Origin: an uncultured delta proteobacterium
GTDB taxonomy: Bacteria > Myxococcota > Myxococcia > Myxococcales > Myxococcaceae
Reading direction: 5' to 3'
Length of the DNA stretch: 64,000 nt
Assembly (NCBI GenBank): GCA_963776345.1
Contig: CAVZMH010000015.1
Location: 480,001 to 544,000, forward strand
In this document: one piece after another, positions 23,223 to 32,170 of the stretch
Numbering within the stretch: position 1 is the stretch's first letter
Layout: each line of letters begins with the position of its first letter
Notes under the pieces: generated by a model
What the model was told of the DNA's origin: nothing
What the model saw: only the letters and a program-made list of their open reading frames with translations
The model's database searches: none
Position numbers and translations under genes: made by a program

Positions 23223-24526
23223 CCGGCGGACCCCGCTCTTCGCGAGGTGGAGCGCCTGCCCGCCCCGAGCAGCAGCCGGGCCACCAGGTCCACGTTGCGC
23301 TGGCTCGCCCCGGAGACCTGCCGCACCGACTGCGCCGCCAGGTTGCCCAGGTTGGCCAGGACGTCAGGACGGCCCAGCAGCTCGGAGAGCACGCGGTGCA
23401 GCTGCTCGGCGTCGGCCACCTGGATGCCGCCGCGCCCGAGGAGCACCTGCACGCTGTCGCGGAAGTTCTCCATCCGCGGTCCGAAGAGCACCGGACGGCC
23501 CTGCGCCGCGGGCTCGAGGATGTTCTGCCCGCCGCGGGGGGTGAAGCTTCCGCCCACGAAGACCACCGTCGCCAGCCGGTATGCCCGCGCCAGCTCCCCG
23601 ATGGTGTCCAGCACCATCACCGGCGCCCCGGGCGGACCCTGCGAGCGCCGGCCCGCCTCGACCCCCCGCGCCTGCGCCAGCGCCAGCACCCGTGCGGCCC
23701 GGTCCACGTAGCGCGGCGCCAGCACCAGCCGCAGCCCCGGGTGCACCTCGCGCAGCCGCTGCCAGACGGACAGGAGAATCTCCTCCTCGCCCTCGTGGGT
23801 GCTCCCACCCATCAGCACCAGCGCGTCCGGCGGGAGCCCGAGCGCCGTCCGTAGCGCCTCGTCCTCCGCCGACGGTGCGGGCACCGCCAGCCCGTCGAAC
23901 TTGGTGTTCCCGGTCACCCACACCCGGTCCAGCGGAGCGCCGAGCGAGAGCGCCCGCTCCGCCTCCTCGTCCTCGCGCATGAGCAGCAGGTCCAGCTCCG
24001 CCAGCGGATTGCCGAACAGGGCGAACAACGTCCGGTAGCCGCGCAGCCGGTCCGGCGAGAACCGGCCATTGGTGAGCGCCACCCGGGTCCCGGCGGCGCG
24101 GGCGGCGTGGATGAGGTTGGGCCAGATCTCCGCGTACTCGAGGACCAGGAGGTCCGGCCGCAGCGCCCGCACCGCCCGCCGGGTGCTCCCCGCCAGGTCC
24201 CACGGGGCGTACACCACCCCGTCCACCTGTGGCCGCAACCGCTGCTCCGCCATGGCGTGTCCGGTGTCGGTGATGGTCGAGAGCACGATGCGCGCGTCGG
24301 GGAAGCGCTCGCGGAAGCGGCCGATCATCGGCGCCAGCGCCTGGAGGTCGCCCGCGCTCGCCCCGTGCAGCCAGACCCGCGGCCAGCCGCCCTCGGGCAG
24401 CGTCCCCGGCCGGTACACGCCGAAGCGCTCCAGGAGCCCCTTCCGCGTCTTGCGCGCCAGCAGGAGCACCGGCGAGAGCAGGAGGAAGGCCAGCGTGCTG
24501 AGGACCACGTACAGCGCCCGCCTCAC
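23219..24526 (-). CDS. waaA: 3-deoxy-D-manno-octulosonate (Kdo) transferase
   Basis: VWLHGASAGD, EIWPNL, TGNTKFD, GSTHEGEE, LDTIGEL, FVGGSF...GGQNILEPA. Start GTG 24526. Confidence 0.92.
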   Translation of the reverse strand: MRRALYVVLSTLAFLLLSPVLLLARKTRKGLLERFGVYRPGTLPEGGWPRVWLHGASAGDLQALAPMIGRFRERFPDARIVLSTITDTGHAMAEQRLRPQVDGVVYAPWDLAGSTRRAVRALRPDLLVLEYAEIWPNLIHAARAAGTRVALTNGRFSPDRLRGYRTLFALFGNPLAELDLLLMREDEEAERALSLGAPLDRVWVTGNTKFDGLAVPAPSAEDEALRTALGLPPDALVLMGGSTHEGEEEILLSVWQRLREVHPGLRLVLAPRYVDRAARVLALAQARGVEAGRRSQGPPGAPVMVLDTIGELARAYRLATVVFVGGSFTPRGGQNILEPAAQGRPVLFGPRMENFRDSVQVLLGRGGIQVADAEQLHRVLSELLGRPDVLANLGNLAAQSVRQVSGASQRNVDLVARLLLGAGRRSTSRRAGSAG

Positions 24527-25674
24527 GGGCCCGCCTCCACCTTCACCGGCTGGGCCAGGAGCCAGGGCCAGGAGACGTCCCCGAGCCCGAGGCCCGGAGT
24601 CTCCACCCGCACTTCCACCAGGACCTGCCCGGGCCCCTCGAGCCGGACGTGCCCCCCGTCCACCATCCGCCCCGGGCCGTGCACGACGATCCTGGACCCG
24701 GGCGGGTGCACCGGCGGGAGCCGCACCTCGAGCACCTCGCCCACCCGGAACGTGCGCCGGTCCGCGGGCAGCACCGCGAAGCCCGCCGCCGGGGCCAGCG
24801 CGTCGACCGCGCAGTAGAAGCGAGCGGACCGCAGCTCCCGGATGACCGCCTGGGCCCCCTCGGCCGGAGCCTCGGGCAACGAGGTGATGCCGGTGAGGTG
24901 CATCGACATCCACCGGAACGCCGCCCCGTAGCTCGGGTAACCATGTGCGTCGGTGCTGCAGAAGGCGAGCTTCGGCTCGGGCCCGTCGAGCGCGAGCAGC
25001 CAGTCCTCCACCGGGCGCGTCTCGCCCAGGGCATAGACCAGCGCCCGGTCGGAGCTCACCAGCGCTGTCCCCAGCGCGGGCAACAGCCGGGTCAACGGGT
25101 GCTGCCGGAGCGTCCCCCACGCCGAGTCACCGCTCCACACCTCGGCCCCGCTCGCCGCGCGCGCCTGCGCGAGGTCCGTCCAGGCCCGCTGGGGGTGGAG
25201 CGGGTGGGACAGGACCGCGAGGCCTCCGAGCTGGAGAACCGCCCGCACCGGCGCCGACACCTTCTCGGCGTCGGTCAGCGCCCGCCGGGTCCCCACGTCC
25301 GCCAGGTGGCCGAAGGGCGTGCTCGACTCCTCGCCCCCGACGAGCAGCACGCCCTCCTCGCGCACCGGAGTGGGCAGCTCGGGGAGGTTGTGGTCGGTGA
25401 GCACCAGGAAGTCGAGGCCGGCCGAGCGCGCCGCCCGGGCGACGTCGGTCGGGCTTCCGCGCCCGTCGCTCCGGGTGGTGTGCACGTGCCAGGCGCCCCG
25501 GAGCTCGCGCGTGGCCGGCGGAGGAGTCAGCGGAAGCGGCCGCACCGCCGCGAGGAGCGCGAACCAGGCCAGCGTCAGGACGAGCAGGGCCAGCGCCCAG
25601 CGCAGCAGGCGGATCCACCCCGGCGTCCTCTTCCGACGCCGGATGGGCCGGAGCACCATGCTCGGGCGTCTCAC
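24523..25674 (-). CDS. Membrane-anchored PHP-domain metallohydrolase
   Basis: Basic N-terminus plus TM helix; GAWHVHTTRSDG, LTDHN, GEESSTPFGH, SHP, STDAH (PHP metal ligands). Confidence 0.8.
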   Translation of the reverse strand: MRRPSMVLRPIRRRKRTPGWIRLLRWALALLVLTLAWFALLAAVRPLPLTPPPATRELRGAWHVHTTRSDGRGSPTDVARAARSAGLDFLVLTDHNLPELPTPVREEGVLLVGGEESSTPFGHLADVGTRRALTDAEKVSAPVRAVLQLGGLAVLSHPLHPQRAWTDLAQARAASGAEVWSGDSAWGTLRQHPLTRLLPALGTALVSSDRALVYALGETRPVEDWLLALDGPEPKLAFCSTDAHGYPSYGAAFRWMSMHLTGITSLPEAPAEGAQAVIRELRSARFYCAVDALAPAAGFAVLPADRRTFRVGEVLEVRLPPVHPPGSRIVVHGPGRMVDGGHVRLEGPGQVLVEVRVETPGLGLGDVSWPWLLAQPVKVEAGP

Positions 25675-27521
25675 CGCGCCGTCCCCGTGGCCGCGGGCGG
25701 CGGATGCTGCAGCGCCCAGGCCTCGGCGTACCAGCCGCCGCGGGCCAGCAACTCGTGGTGGCTGCCCTCCTCCACCACCCGGCCGGCGGAGAGGACGTGG
25801 ATCCGCTCCGCCCCGGACACGGTCTGCAGCCGGTGGGCGATGACCAGCGCCGTCCGGCCGGGCAGCACCGCCTCGAGCGCCGACTGCACCTCGCGCTCGC
25901 CCTCCGGGTCGAGGTTGCTCGTCGCCTCGTCCAGCACCAGCAGCCGCGCGTCACGGAGCACGGCGCGGGCGAGCGCCAGCCGCTGCCGCTGCCCGCCGCT
26001 GAGCCGGGCCCCCCGCTCGCCGAGGGGCGTGTCCCACTGGCGCGGGAGGGACATCACGAAGTCCTCGGCCCGGGCCGCCCGGAGCGCGGAGCGCAGCTCG
26101 CCCCCGGATGCCTCGGGCCGTGCGGCGAGGAGGTTGTCTCGCACCGTCCCCGAGAAGAGCAGCGGCTCCTGGGTGACCAGCGCCACCTGCGAGCGGAGCG
26201 AGGCCGCGGTGCACGCCTCCACGTCCACCCCGTCCCAGAGGATGCGGCCGGCGTCCGGGCGGAGGAAGCGGAGCAGCAGCGCGGCCACCGTGCTCTTGCC
26301 GCTGCCGCTCGGGCCCACCAGCGCCGTCATCTTCCCCACCGGAATCTCCAGCTCCAGGCGTCGGAGCGCCGGTCGGTCTCCGTAGGCGAGGCTCACCGCG
26401 TCGAACCGCACCGCCCGGGCGAGCCGCGGCGCGGGCCTGGCGCCCCGCGCGTCGGTCACCAGCGGCAGGGTCTCGAGCACCTCGAGCAGACGCTCCGCCG
26501 CCGCCGCGCCCTGGGTCGCGAACTGCGAGGCCCGCCCCAGCTCCTTCGCCGGCTGGTAGAGGAGGATGAGCGCCGCGAGGAACGAGAGCAGTCGCTCGGG
26601 TGGGACCTGCATGCTGCCCGCGGCCCAGACCAGCACCGCCGCCACGGCCACCGCGGCCAGCACCTCGGTCACCGCCGGGACCGCGGCCCGGGCCCAGGCG
26701 GCGCGGGCGAGGGTCGCGGCATGGGCCTCGGCACGCGACGCGAAGCGGACCGCCTCGGCCTCCTCCACCCCGTAGGCCTGCACCGTCCGCACCGCGGCGA
26801 GCGCCTCGCGCAGCTGCCCCGCCATCCCGCCGAGCCGCACCTGTCCCTCGCGGGTGCGCCGGAGCACCGAGCGGGTGAGCCGCGCCACGGGCACCCCCGC
26901 CACCGGCACCACCGCCAGCGCGACCAGCGCCAGCCTCCAGTCGAGCGCCACCGCCACGCCGGCCAGCACGGCGACTTGCAGCCCGTCGCGGATCCACGAG
27001 CCCACCGCGTAGATGGCCGCCGTCTCCACCGCGGCCACGTCGGCCGAGAAGCGCGAGAGGAGATCGCCGCTCATGCGGGCGGCGAGCTGCGCCGGAGATT
27101 GCCGGAGCAGGGCGTCGAGGAGCGCGCGCCGGAGCCAGGCCACCGTGCGCTGTCCGAACTGGCCGGTCCAGGTGAACTGCGCGGCGTAGGCGACGCCCTT
27201 CACCAGCGCCACGCCCACCAGGACCACGGGGAGCAACAGCAAGAGCCGCTCGCGCCCTGCCGACTCGAGCGCCGGGGCCCAGCCCGCCACTCGCCCCAGC
27301 GCGGAGGCCCCACCGGTCAACAGGAAACGCAGCGCCGGGCCCACCAGGAAGGCGTAGAGCCCGGTGGCCAGCGCGAGGACCGCCATCGCCAGGCTGGCGA
27401 GCAGGAGCGTTCCCAGGTGGGGGCGCGCATAGGGCGCGAGCCGCCACAGGGCACGCCACCCCGAACGGCGGCCGACGGTGTTGTCCGGAGCGGTGGTCAC
27501 CAGGGACCCGAGGTGTACCAT
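25671..27521 (-). CDS. msbA: MsbA-like ABC exporter (TMD plus NBD), probable lipid A-core flippase
   Basis: Multi-TM N-half; [43 protein letters not shown]. Lies between waaA and lpxB. Start uncertain (ATG 27521 or GTG 27500). Confidence 0.8.
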   Translation of the reverse strand: MVHLGSLVTTAPDNTVGRRSGWRALWRLAPYARPHLGTLLLASLAMAVLALATGLYAFLVGPALRFLLTGGASALGRVAGWAPALESAGRERLLLLLPVVLVGVALVKGVAYAAQFTWTGQFGQRTVAWLRRALLDALLRQSPAQLAARMSGDLLSRFSADVAAVETAAIYAVGSWIRDGLQVAVLAGVAVALDWRLALVALAVVPVAGVPVARLTRSVLRRTREGQVRLGGMAGQLREALAAVRTVQAYGVEEAEAVRFASRAEAHAATLARAAWARAAVPAVTEVLAAVAVAAVLVWAAGSMQVPPERLLSFLAALILLYQPAKELGRASQFATQGAAAAERLLEVLETLPLVTDARGARPAPRLARAVRFDAVSLAYGDRPALRRLELEIPVGKMTALVGPSGSGKSTVAALLLRFLRPDAGRILWDGVDVEACTAASLRSQVALVTQEPLLFSGTVRDNLLAARPEASGGELRSALRAARAEDFVMSLPRQWDTPLGERGARLSGGQRQRLALARAVLRDARLLVLDEATSNLDPEGEREVQSALEAVLPGRTALVIAHRLQTVSGAERIHVLSAGRVVEEGSHHELLARGGWYAEAWALQHPPPAATGTAR

Positions 27522-27538
27522 CCCGCCTTCGAGCGTCC

Positions 27539-28708
27539 ATGGCGAACGGCGAGCTGATGGTGGTGGCGGGCGAAGCCTCGGGCGACCTTCACGCCGCGGA
27601 CGTGCTGGCCGAGCTCCGCCGCCGCCGGCCCGGCCTCCGCGCCTTCGGGATGGGCGGGCCGCGCCTCGAGGCAGCCGGGCTGGAGCGGCTGTTCGACGCA
27701 CGGGAGATCTCGGTGATGGGCATCGCCGAGGTCTGGCCCCGGCTCCCCCGGATCTGGCGGGTGTTCCGGGCCCTCGTGCGCGCCGCCCGCGAGCGGCGTC
27801 CCGCGGCCGCCCTCCTGGTGGACGTGCCGGACTTCAACCTCCGGCTCGCGCGGAAGCTCCGGGGCCTGGGCGTTCCGGTGGTGTTCTACGTCAGCCCCAC
27901 GGTGTGGGCCTGGCGGCGGGGCCGCGTCCGGCAGATCGCCCGCGACGTGGACCGGATGCTCTGCATCCTCCCCTTCGAGGAGGAGTTCTACCGGGCCCAT
28001 GGCGTCCGGGCGCGCTACGTGGGCAACCCGGTGGTGGAGCAGGTCCCCCCACCCGGCGCGCCCGAGGGTTTCCGCCGCGCGCTCGGTCTCGACGCCGGCC
28101 GGCCCACCCTGGCGCTGCTGCCCGGGAGCCGCCCGGGCGAGCTCCACCGGCTGCTCCCGACGATGGTGGAGAGCGCGGCGCTGCTCCAGCGCGAGCGGCC
28201 GGAGCTGCAGATCGTCGTCCCGGTGGCTCCGGGCCTGGACCGGGCACCGATGGAGCGGGCGTTCTCCGCGCGCGGGCTCCACCCCACGCTGGTCGACGGC
28301 CGGGCCGCCGAGGTGGTGGGCGCGGCCGACGTCGTGGTCGTCGCCTCGGGCACTGCCACGCTGGAGACCGCGCTGATGCTCCGGCCGATGGTCGTCGTCT
28401 ACCGCATGTCGGCGCTGAGCTGGGCGGTGGGCAAGCTCCTGGTGAGGGTGGCCTTCGTCTCGCTGGTGAACCTCCTCAGCGGCCGGAGGCTCGTCCCCGA
28501 GCTGCTCCAGGGCGCGCTGCGCCCCGAGGCGGTGGCGGACGAGGTACGGCGGCTCTGGGCTCCGGGGGCCGCACGGGACGCGCAGCTCGAGGGCCTGCAG
28601 GCGCTCCGGGCGAAGCTCGGCAGCGGCCCCACCGCGTCGCGCGTGGCGGACGAAGTGCTGGATGTCATGGAGGTGCGTGGTAAGGACCCGGGCGCTCTCG
28701 CCCGATGA
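27539..28708 (+). CDS. lpxB: Lipid-A-disaccharide synthase
   Basis: VAGEASGDLH, VDVPDFN, YVSPTVWAWR, ILPFE, LLPGSR, ASGTATLE, PELLQ. Confidence 0.95.
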   Translation: MANGELMVVAGEASGDLHAADVLAELRRRRPGLRAFGMGGPRLEAAGLERLFDAREISVMGIAEVWPRLPRIWRVFRALVRAARERRPAAALLVDVPDFNLRLARKLRGLGVPVVFYVSPTVWAWRRGRVRQIARDVDRMLCILPFEEEFYRAHGVRARYVGNPVVEQVPPPGAPEGFRRALGLDAGRPTLALLPGSRPGELHRLLPTMVESAALLQRERPELQIVVPVAPGLDRAPMERAFSARGLHPTLVDGRAAEVVGAADVVVVASGTATLETALMLRPMVVVYRMSALSWAVGKLLVRVAFVSLVNLLSGRRLVPELLQGALRPEAVADEVRRLWAPGAARDAQLEGLQALRAKLGSGPTASRVADEVLDVMEVRGKDPGALAR

Positions 28709-29400
28709 ATCCTGCCCTGATCTGCATCCCCACCTACAACGAGCGCGACAACGTGGAGTCCATCGTCCGCGCGGCGCTGGCCGCCGACCCGCGGGTGGAC
28801 GTCCTGGTCGTCGACGACGCGAGCCCCGACGGCACGGGGGAGCTGGCCGATGCGCTGGTCCGCGAGTCGCCGCGGGTCCACGTCCTCCACCGCTCGGGGA
28901 AGGCCGGTCTGGGCAAGGCGTACCTCGCCGCCTTCGACTGGGCGCTCCAGCGGAACTACGCCTACGTCCTGGAGATGGACGCCGACTGGAGCCACGACCC
29001 GCGCTACCTGCCGGCCCTGCTCGATCGCGCCGCCTCCGACGCCGACCTGGTCCTGGGCTCCCGCTGGGTGGAGGGCGGCGGAACCCGGAACTGGGGCCTG
29101 GGCCGGCAGCTCATCAGCCGCGGCGGCTCGCTCTACGCCCGCGCCATCCTCGGGCTCCCCATCCGGGACCTCACCGGCGGCTTCAAGTGCTTCCGGGCCG
29201 AGGTGCTCCGGGCCATCGATCTCCCCACCGTCGCCAGCACCGGGTACGGTTTCCAGATCGAGCTGACCTACCGGGCCATCAAGCGCGGCTTCCGGGTGGT
29301 GGAGATCCCCATCGTCTTCGAGGACCGACGGGTGGGACAGTCGAAGATGTCGCGAGCCATCGTGCTCGAGGCCCTGGCCATGGTGTGGAAGATCCGGTGA
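28705..29400 (+). CDS. Polyprenol monophosphomannose synthase-like GT2
   Basis: IPTYNERDN, VDDASPDGTG, EMDADWSHDP, DLTGGFK, GYGFQIE, FEDRRVGQSKMS. Confidence 0.88.
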   Translation: MNPALICIPTYNERDNVESIVRAALAADPRVDVLVVDDASPDGTGELADALVRESPRVHVLHRSGKAGLGKAYLAAFDWALQRNYAYVLEMDADWSHDPRYLPALLDRAASDADLVLGSRWVEGGGTRNWGLGRQLISRGGSLYARAILGLPIRDLTGGFKCFRAEVLRAIDLPTVASTGYGFQIELTYRAIKRGFRVVEIPIVFEDRRVGQSKMSRAIVLEALAMVWKIR

Positions 29401-30041
29401 GCGCCATCCTCTCCTCCGCGCTGGTGTCGCTCTCGGCGGTGTTCTTCGTCGTCGACCCGGTCGGGGTGGTGCCGATCTTCATCGCCATGACCCACGGCGA
29501 CCCGCCGGAGAAGATGCGGGACACCGCCCGCCGTGCCGCCCTGGTGGCCGCGGCGCTGCTCATCTTCTTCGCCCTCTTCGGGACCTTCCTCTTCAAGGTC
29601 ATCGGGGTGAGCCTGAGCGCGTTCCGGGTGGCCGGCGGGATCGTCCTCTTGATCACCTCGCTGGACATGCTCCGGGCCCGCCAGTCCGAGACCCGCACCT
29701 CGCCCGAGGAGGCGCAGGAGGCCACCGGCAAGGAGGACGTGGCCATCGTCCCGCTCGCCATCCCGCTCCTCGCCGGCCCGGGCGCCATCGCCACGGTGAT
29801 GGTGCTGATGTCCCGCGGCGACGGGCTGCTCACCACCGTGGCGGTGGTGCTGAGCATCCTGGTCACCATGGCCGCGACCTACTTCATGCTCCGCGGCGCC
29901 TCGCTGGTGCAGCGGGTGCTCGGTCAGGGGGGCGTGGCCATCTTCCAGCGGGTGATGGGCCTCTTGCTCGCCGCCATCGCGGTGCAGTTCATCGCCGAGG
30001 GCGGGCGCGACCTGGTCGGTCTGCCGCCGCCCCCGGTCTAA
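29397..30041 (+). CDS. MarC family inner membrane protein
   Basis: VVDPVG, FRVAGGI, IVPLAIPLLAGPGAIATV, RVMGLLLAAIAVQF. GTG start overlaps the upstream TGA. Confidence 0.9.
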   Translation: MSAILSSALVSLSAVFFVVDPVGVVPIFIAMTHGDPPEKMRDTARRAALVAAALLIFFALFGTFLFKVIGVSLSAFRVAGGIVLLITSLDMLRARQSETRTSPEEAQEATGKEDVAIVPLAIPLLAGPGAIATVMVLMSRGDGLLTTVAVVLSILVTMAATYFMLRGASLVQRVLGQGGVAIFQRVMGLLLAAIAVQFIAEGGRDLVGLPPPPV

Positions 30042-30119
30042 CGCCGAAACCACTTGATCGATCCGTCCTCGCTTGCCCTCGCGGCGCGATCATCCGGTCG
30101 ATCCAGTGGTCGACGTTAG
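30038..30119. repeat. Long imperfect inverted repeat between convergent marC and lpxI (possible bidirectional terminator)
   Basis: CTAACGCCGAAACCACTTGATCGATCCG versus the reverse complement of the right arm, CTAACGTCGACCACTGGATCGACCGG. Confidence 0.6.
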
Positions 30120-30127
30120 GCGGCGGC

Positions 30128-30955
30128 TCAGCGCGGCAGGCTGCCCGCGGCCGACCGCCCCACCAGCGTGATGCCGGCCTCGTTCGCCAGCGAGACCAGG
30201 CGCTCGCCCTCGAGCAAGAGGGTCTTCCCCGCCTCCACGGCCAGGACCCGGGCGCCCACCGCGCGCAGCGCCTCCAGCGTCGCGGGGCCGACGGCGGGGA
30301 GGTCGAAGCGCTCGTCCTGGCCGGGCTTGCTCCGCTTCACCACCACCACCCCGGGGCCCCCGAGCTCGGCCCCGCGGCGGATGCAGGCGTCGGTGCCCTC
30401 CACCGCCTCGAGCGCCAGCACGTGCCCGTTCTTCACCACCACCGTCTGCCCCACGTCGGCCCGGCCGAGCAGCGTCGCCACCTCCTCGCCGAGCGCCACG
30501 TCGCGCTCCTGGCCCGGGTCGAGCGGCGGACCGGCCAGGTGACCCTCCGGGGCGAGGATCTCCCGGAGCAGCTCGGTGGGCGCGACGATGCGGATGCCGG
30601 CGGACTCGAACTCGTCCGCCGCCGCGCGCAGGAGCGCGTCGTCCCGGAAGCTCCGCAGCCGCGCCGCGATGCGAAACAGCCCGAGGTCCGGGCGCATCTG
30701 CTGCACCGCCCGCATCCGGGAGAAGCCGCCGGCGAGCACCGCCTCCTCCACGCCCTGGCCGCGCAGCAGCCGCTCGATGCGCGCCACCTGACCCACCTTC
30801 ACCCAGTCGAGCCGCTCGACCTCCGAGGCGAGCTCCGGGTCCGTCTCGCCCACGTGCCCCACCGCGATGACCGAGAGCCCCCGGGCCCGTGCCGCCCGGG
30901 CGAACAGCCGGGGCAGCGCGCCGTTGCCGGCGATGAGGCCGATGCGTCCGGCCAC
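30128..30955 (-). CDS. lpxI: UDP-2,3-diacylglucosamine diphosphatase LpxI
   Basis: IGLIAGNGALP, DVGQTVVV, ALEAVEGTDACI, QDERFDLPAVG; follows lpxA. Confidence 0.92.
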   Translation of the reverse strand: MAGRIGLIAGNGALPRLFARAARARGLSVIAVGHVGETDPELASEVERLDWVKVGQVARIERLLRGQGVEEAVLAGGFSRMRAVQQMRPDLGLFRIAARLRSFRDDALLRAAADEFESAGIRIVAPTELLREILAPEGHLAGPPLDPGQERDVALGEEVATLLGRADVGQTVVVKNGHVLALEAVEGTDACIRRGAELGGPGVVVVKRSKPGQDERFDLPAVGPATLEALRAVGARVLAVEAGKTLLLEGERLVSLANEAGITLVGRSAAGSLPR

Positions 30956-30959
30956 GGCC

Positions 30960-31733
30960 CTAGCGGGTGATCCCGCGCTGGCTGGTGGTGACGAACGAGA
31001 GGAGCACCTGGATCTCGGTCTGGTCGCCGAGCTCCGTCCGGAGCCGCTCCAGAGCGTCCTCCAGCGGCAGCTTGCTCCGGAAGAGGATGCGGTACGCCTC
31101 CTTCACCCGGGCGATCTGCTCCTCGCTGAATCCGTGCCGCGACAGGCCGACGCTGTTCACCCCCACCAGCTCGGCCCGGTCGCCCTGGGCGGTGCAGAAG
31201 GGCGGGACGTCCTTCACCACCATCGAGCCGCCCGCCACGAAGGCGTGCCGGCCGACGCGGGTGAACTGGTGCACCGCCGACAGGCCTCCCAGGATGGCGT
31301 GGTCGCCCACCTCGACGTGGCCGCCCAGGGTCGCGCCGTTGGCGAAGACGCACCCGCTCCCCACCTGGCAGTCGTGGGCCACGTGCGCGTAGGCCATGAA
31401 GAGGTTCCGGTCGCCGATGCGGGTCACCCCGCCGCCGCCGGTGGTTCCCTTGTGGAGCGTGGTGAACTCGCGGATCAGGTTCTCGTTCCCGATCTCCAGC
31501 GCGCTGTCCTCGCCGGCGTACTTGAGGTCCTGCGGCTGGGCCCCCACCGAGGCGAACTGGAAGACGCGGTTCCGCTCGCCGAGCCGGGTGCGCCCCTCGA
31601 TGACCGCGTGCGGCCCGACGGTGGTCCCGGCGCCGATCTGGACTTGATGTCCGATGACCGCGTACGGACCCACCTCGACCGACGGGTGCAGCCCGGCGCC
31701 GGGGGCGACGATGGCCGTGGGGTGGACGCTCAT
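30960..31733 (-). CDS. lpxA: Acyl-ACP--UDP-N-acetylglucosamine O-acyltransferase
   Basis: VHPTAIV hexapeptide repeats, PQDLKY, HVAHDC, GHVEVGD, VHQF. Confidence 0.96.
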   Translation of the reverse strand: MSVHPTAIVAPGAGLHPSVEVGPYAVIGHQVQIGAGTTVGPHAVIEGRTRLGERNRVFQFASVGAQPQDLKYAGEDSALEIGNENLIREFTTLHKGTTGGGGVTRIGDRNLFMAYAHVAHDCQVGSGCVFANGATLGGHVEVGDHAILGGLSAVHQFTRVGRHAFVAGGSMVVKDVPPFCTAQGDRAELVGVNSVGLSRHGFSEEQIARVKEAYRILFRSKLPLEDALERLRTELGDQTEIQVLLSFVTTSQRGITR

Positions 31734-32170
31734 CGGTCCCTGTCCACCACCGTCGCCAGGAACTCGCCCTCGGCCACCACCTCGCCGTCCACCTTCGCCA
31801 CCCCGCGCGTCTTGAGGATCGACCCCTTGAACCGGAGCACCTCCACCTCGAGCTCCAGCCGGTCGCCCGGCACCGTGGGCTTCCTGAACTTCGCCCCGTC
31901 GATGGCCATCAGGTACGTCACCTTCTGGGTGGGGTCGAAGCCGGTCGAGCGGTAGGCGAGGATCGCGCTCGCCTGCGCCAGCGCCTCGAGCACCAGCACC
32001 CCGGGCATCACCGGGTGGCCAGGGAAGTGACCCTCGAAGAACGGCTCGTTGACCGAGACGTTCTTGTACGCCCGCAGCGTCTTGCCGGGGTCGATCGACA
32101 CCACCCGGTCCACCAGCAGGAACGGGTAGCGGTGGGGCAGCAGCTTCTGGATCTCCTGCACGTCCATCAT
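31730..32170 (-). CDS. fabZ: 3-hydroxyacyl-ACP dehydratase
   Basis: LPHRYPFLLVDRV, NEPFFEGHFP, PGVLVLEALAQ. Confidence 0.96.
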   Translation of the reverse strand: MMDVQEIQKLLPHRYPFLLVDRVVSIDPGKTLRAYKNVSVNEPFFEGHFPGHPVMPGVLVLEALAQASAILAYRSTGFDPTQKVTYLMAIDGAKFRKPTVPGDRLELEVEVLRFKGSILKTRGVAKVDGEVVAEGEFLATVVDRDR

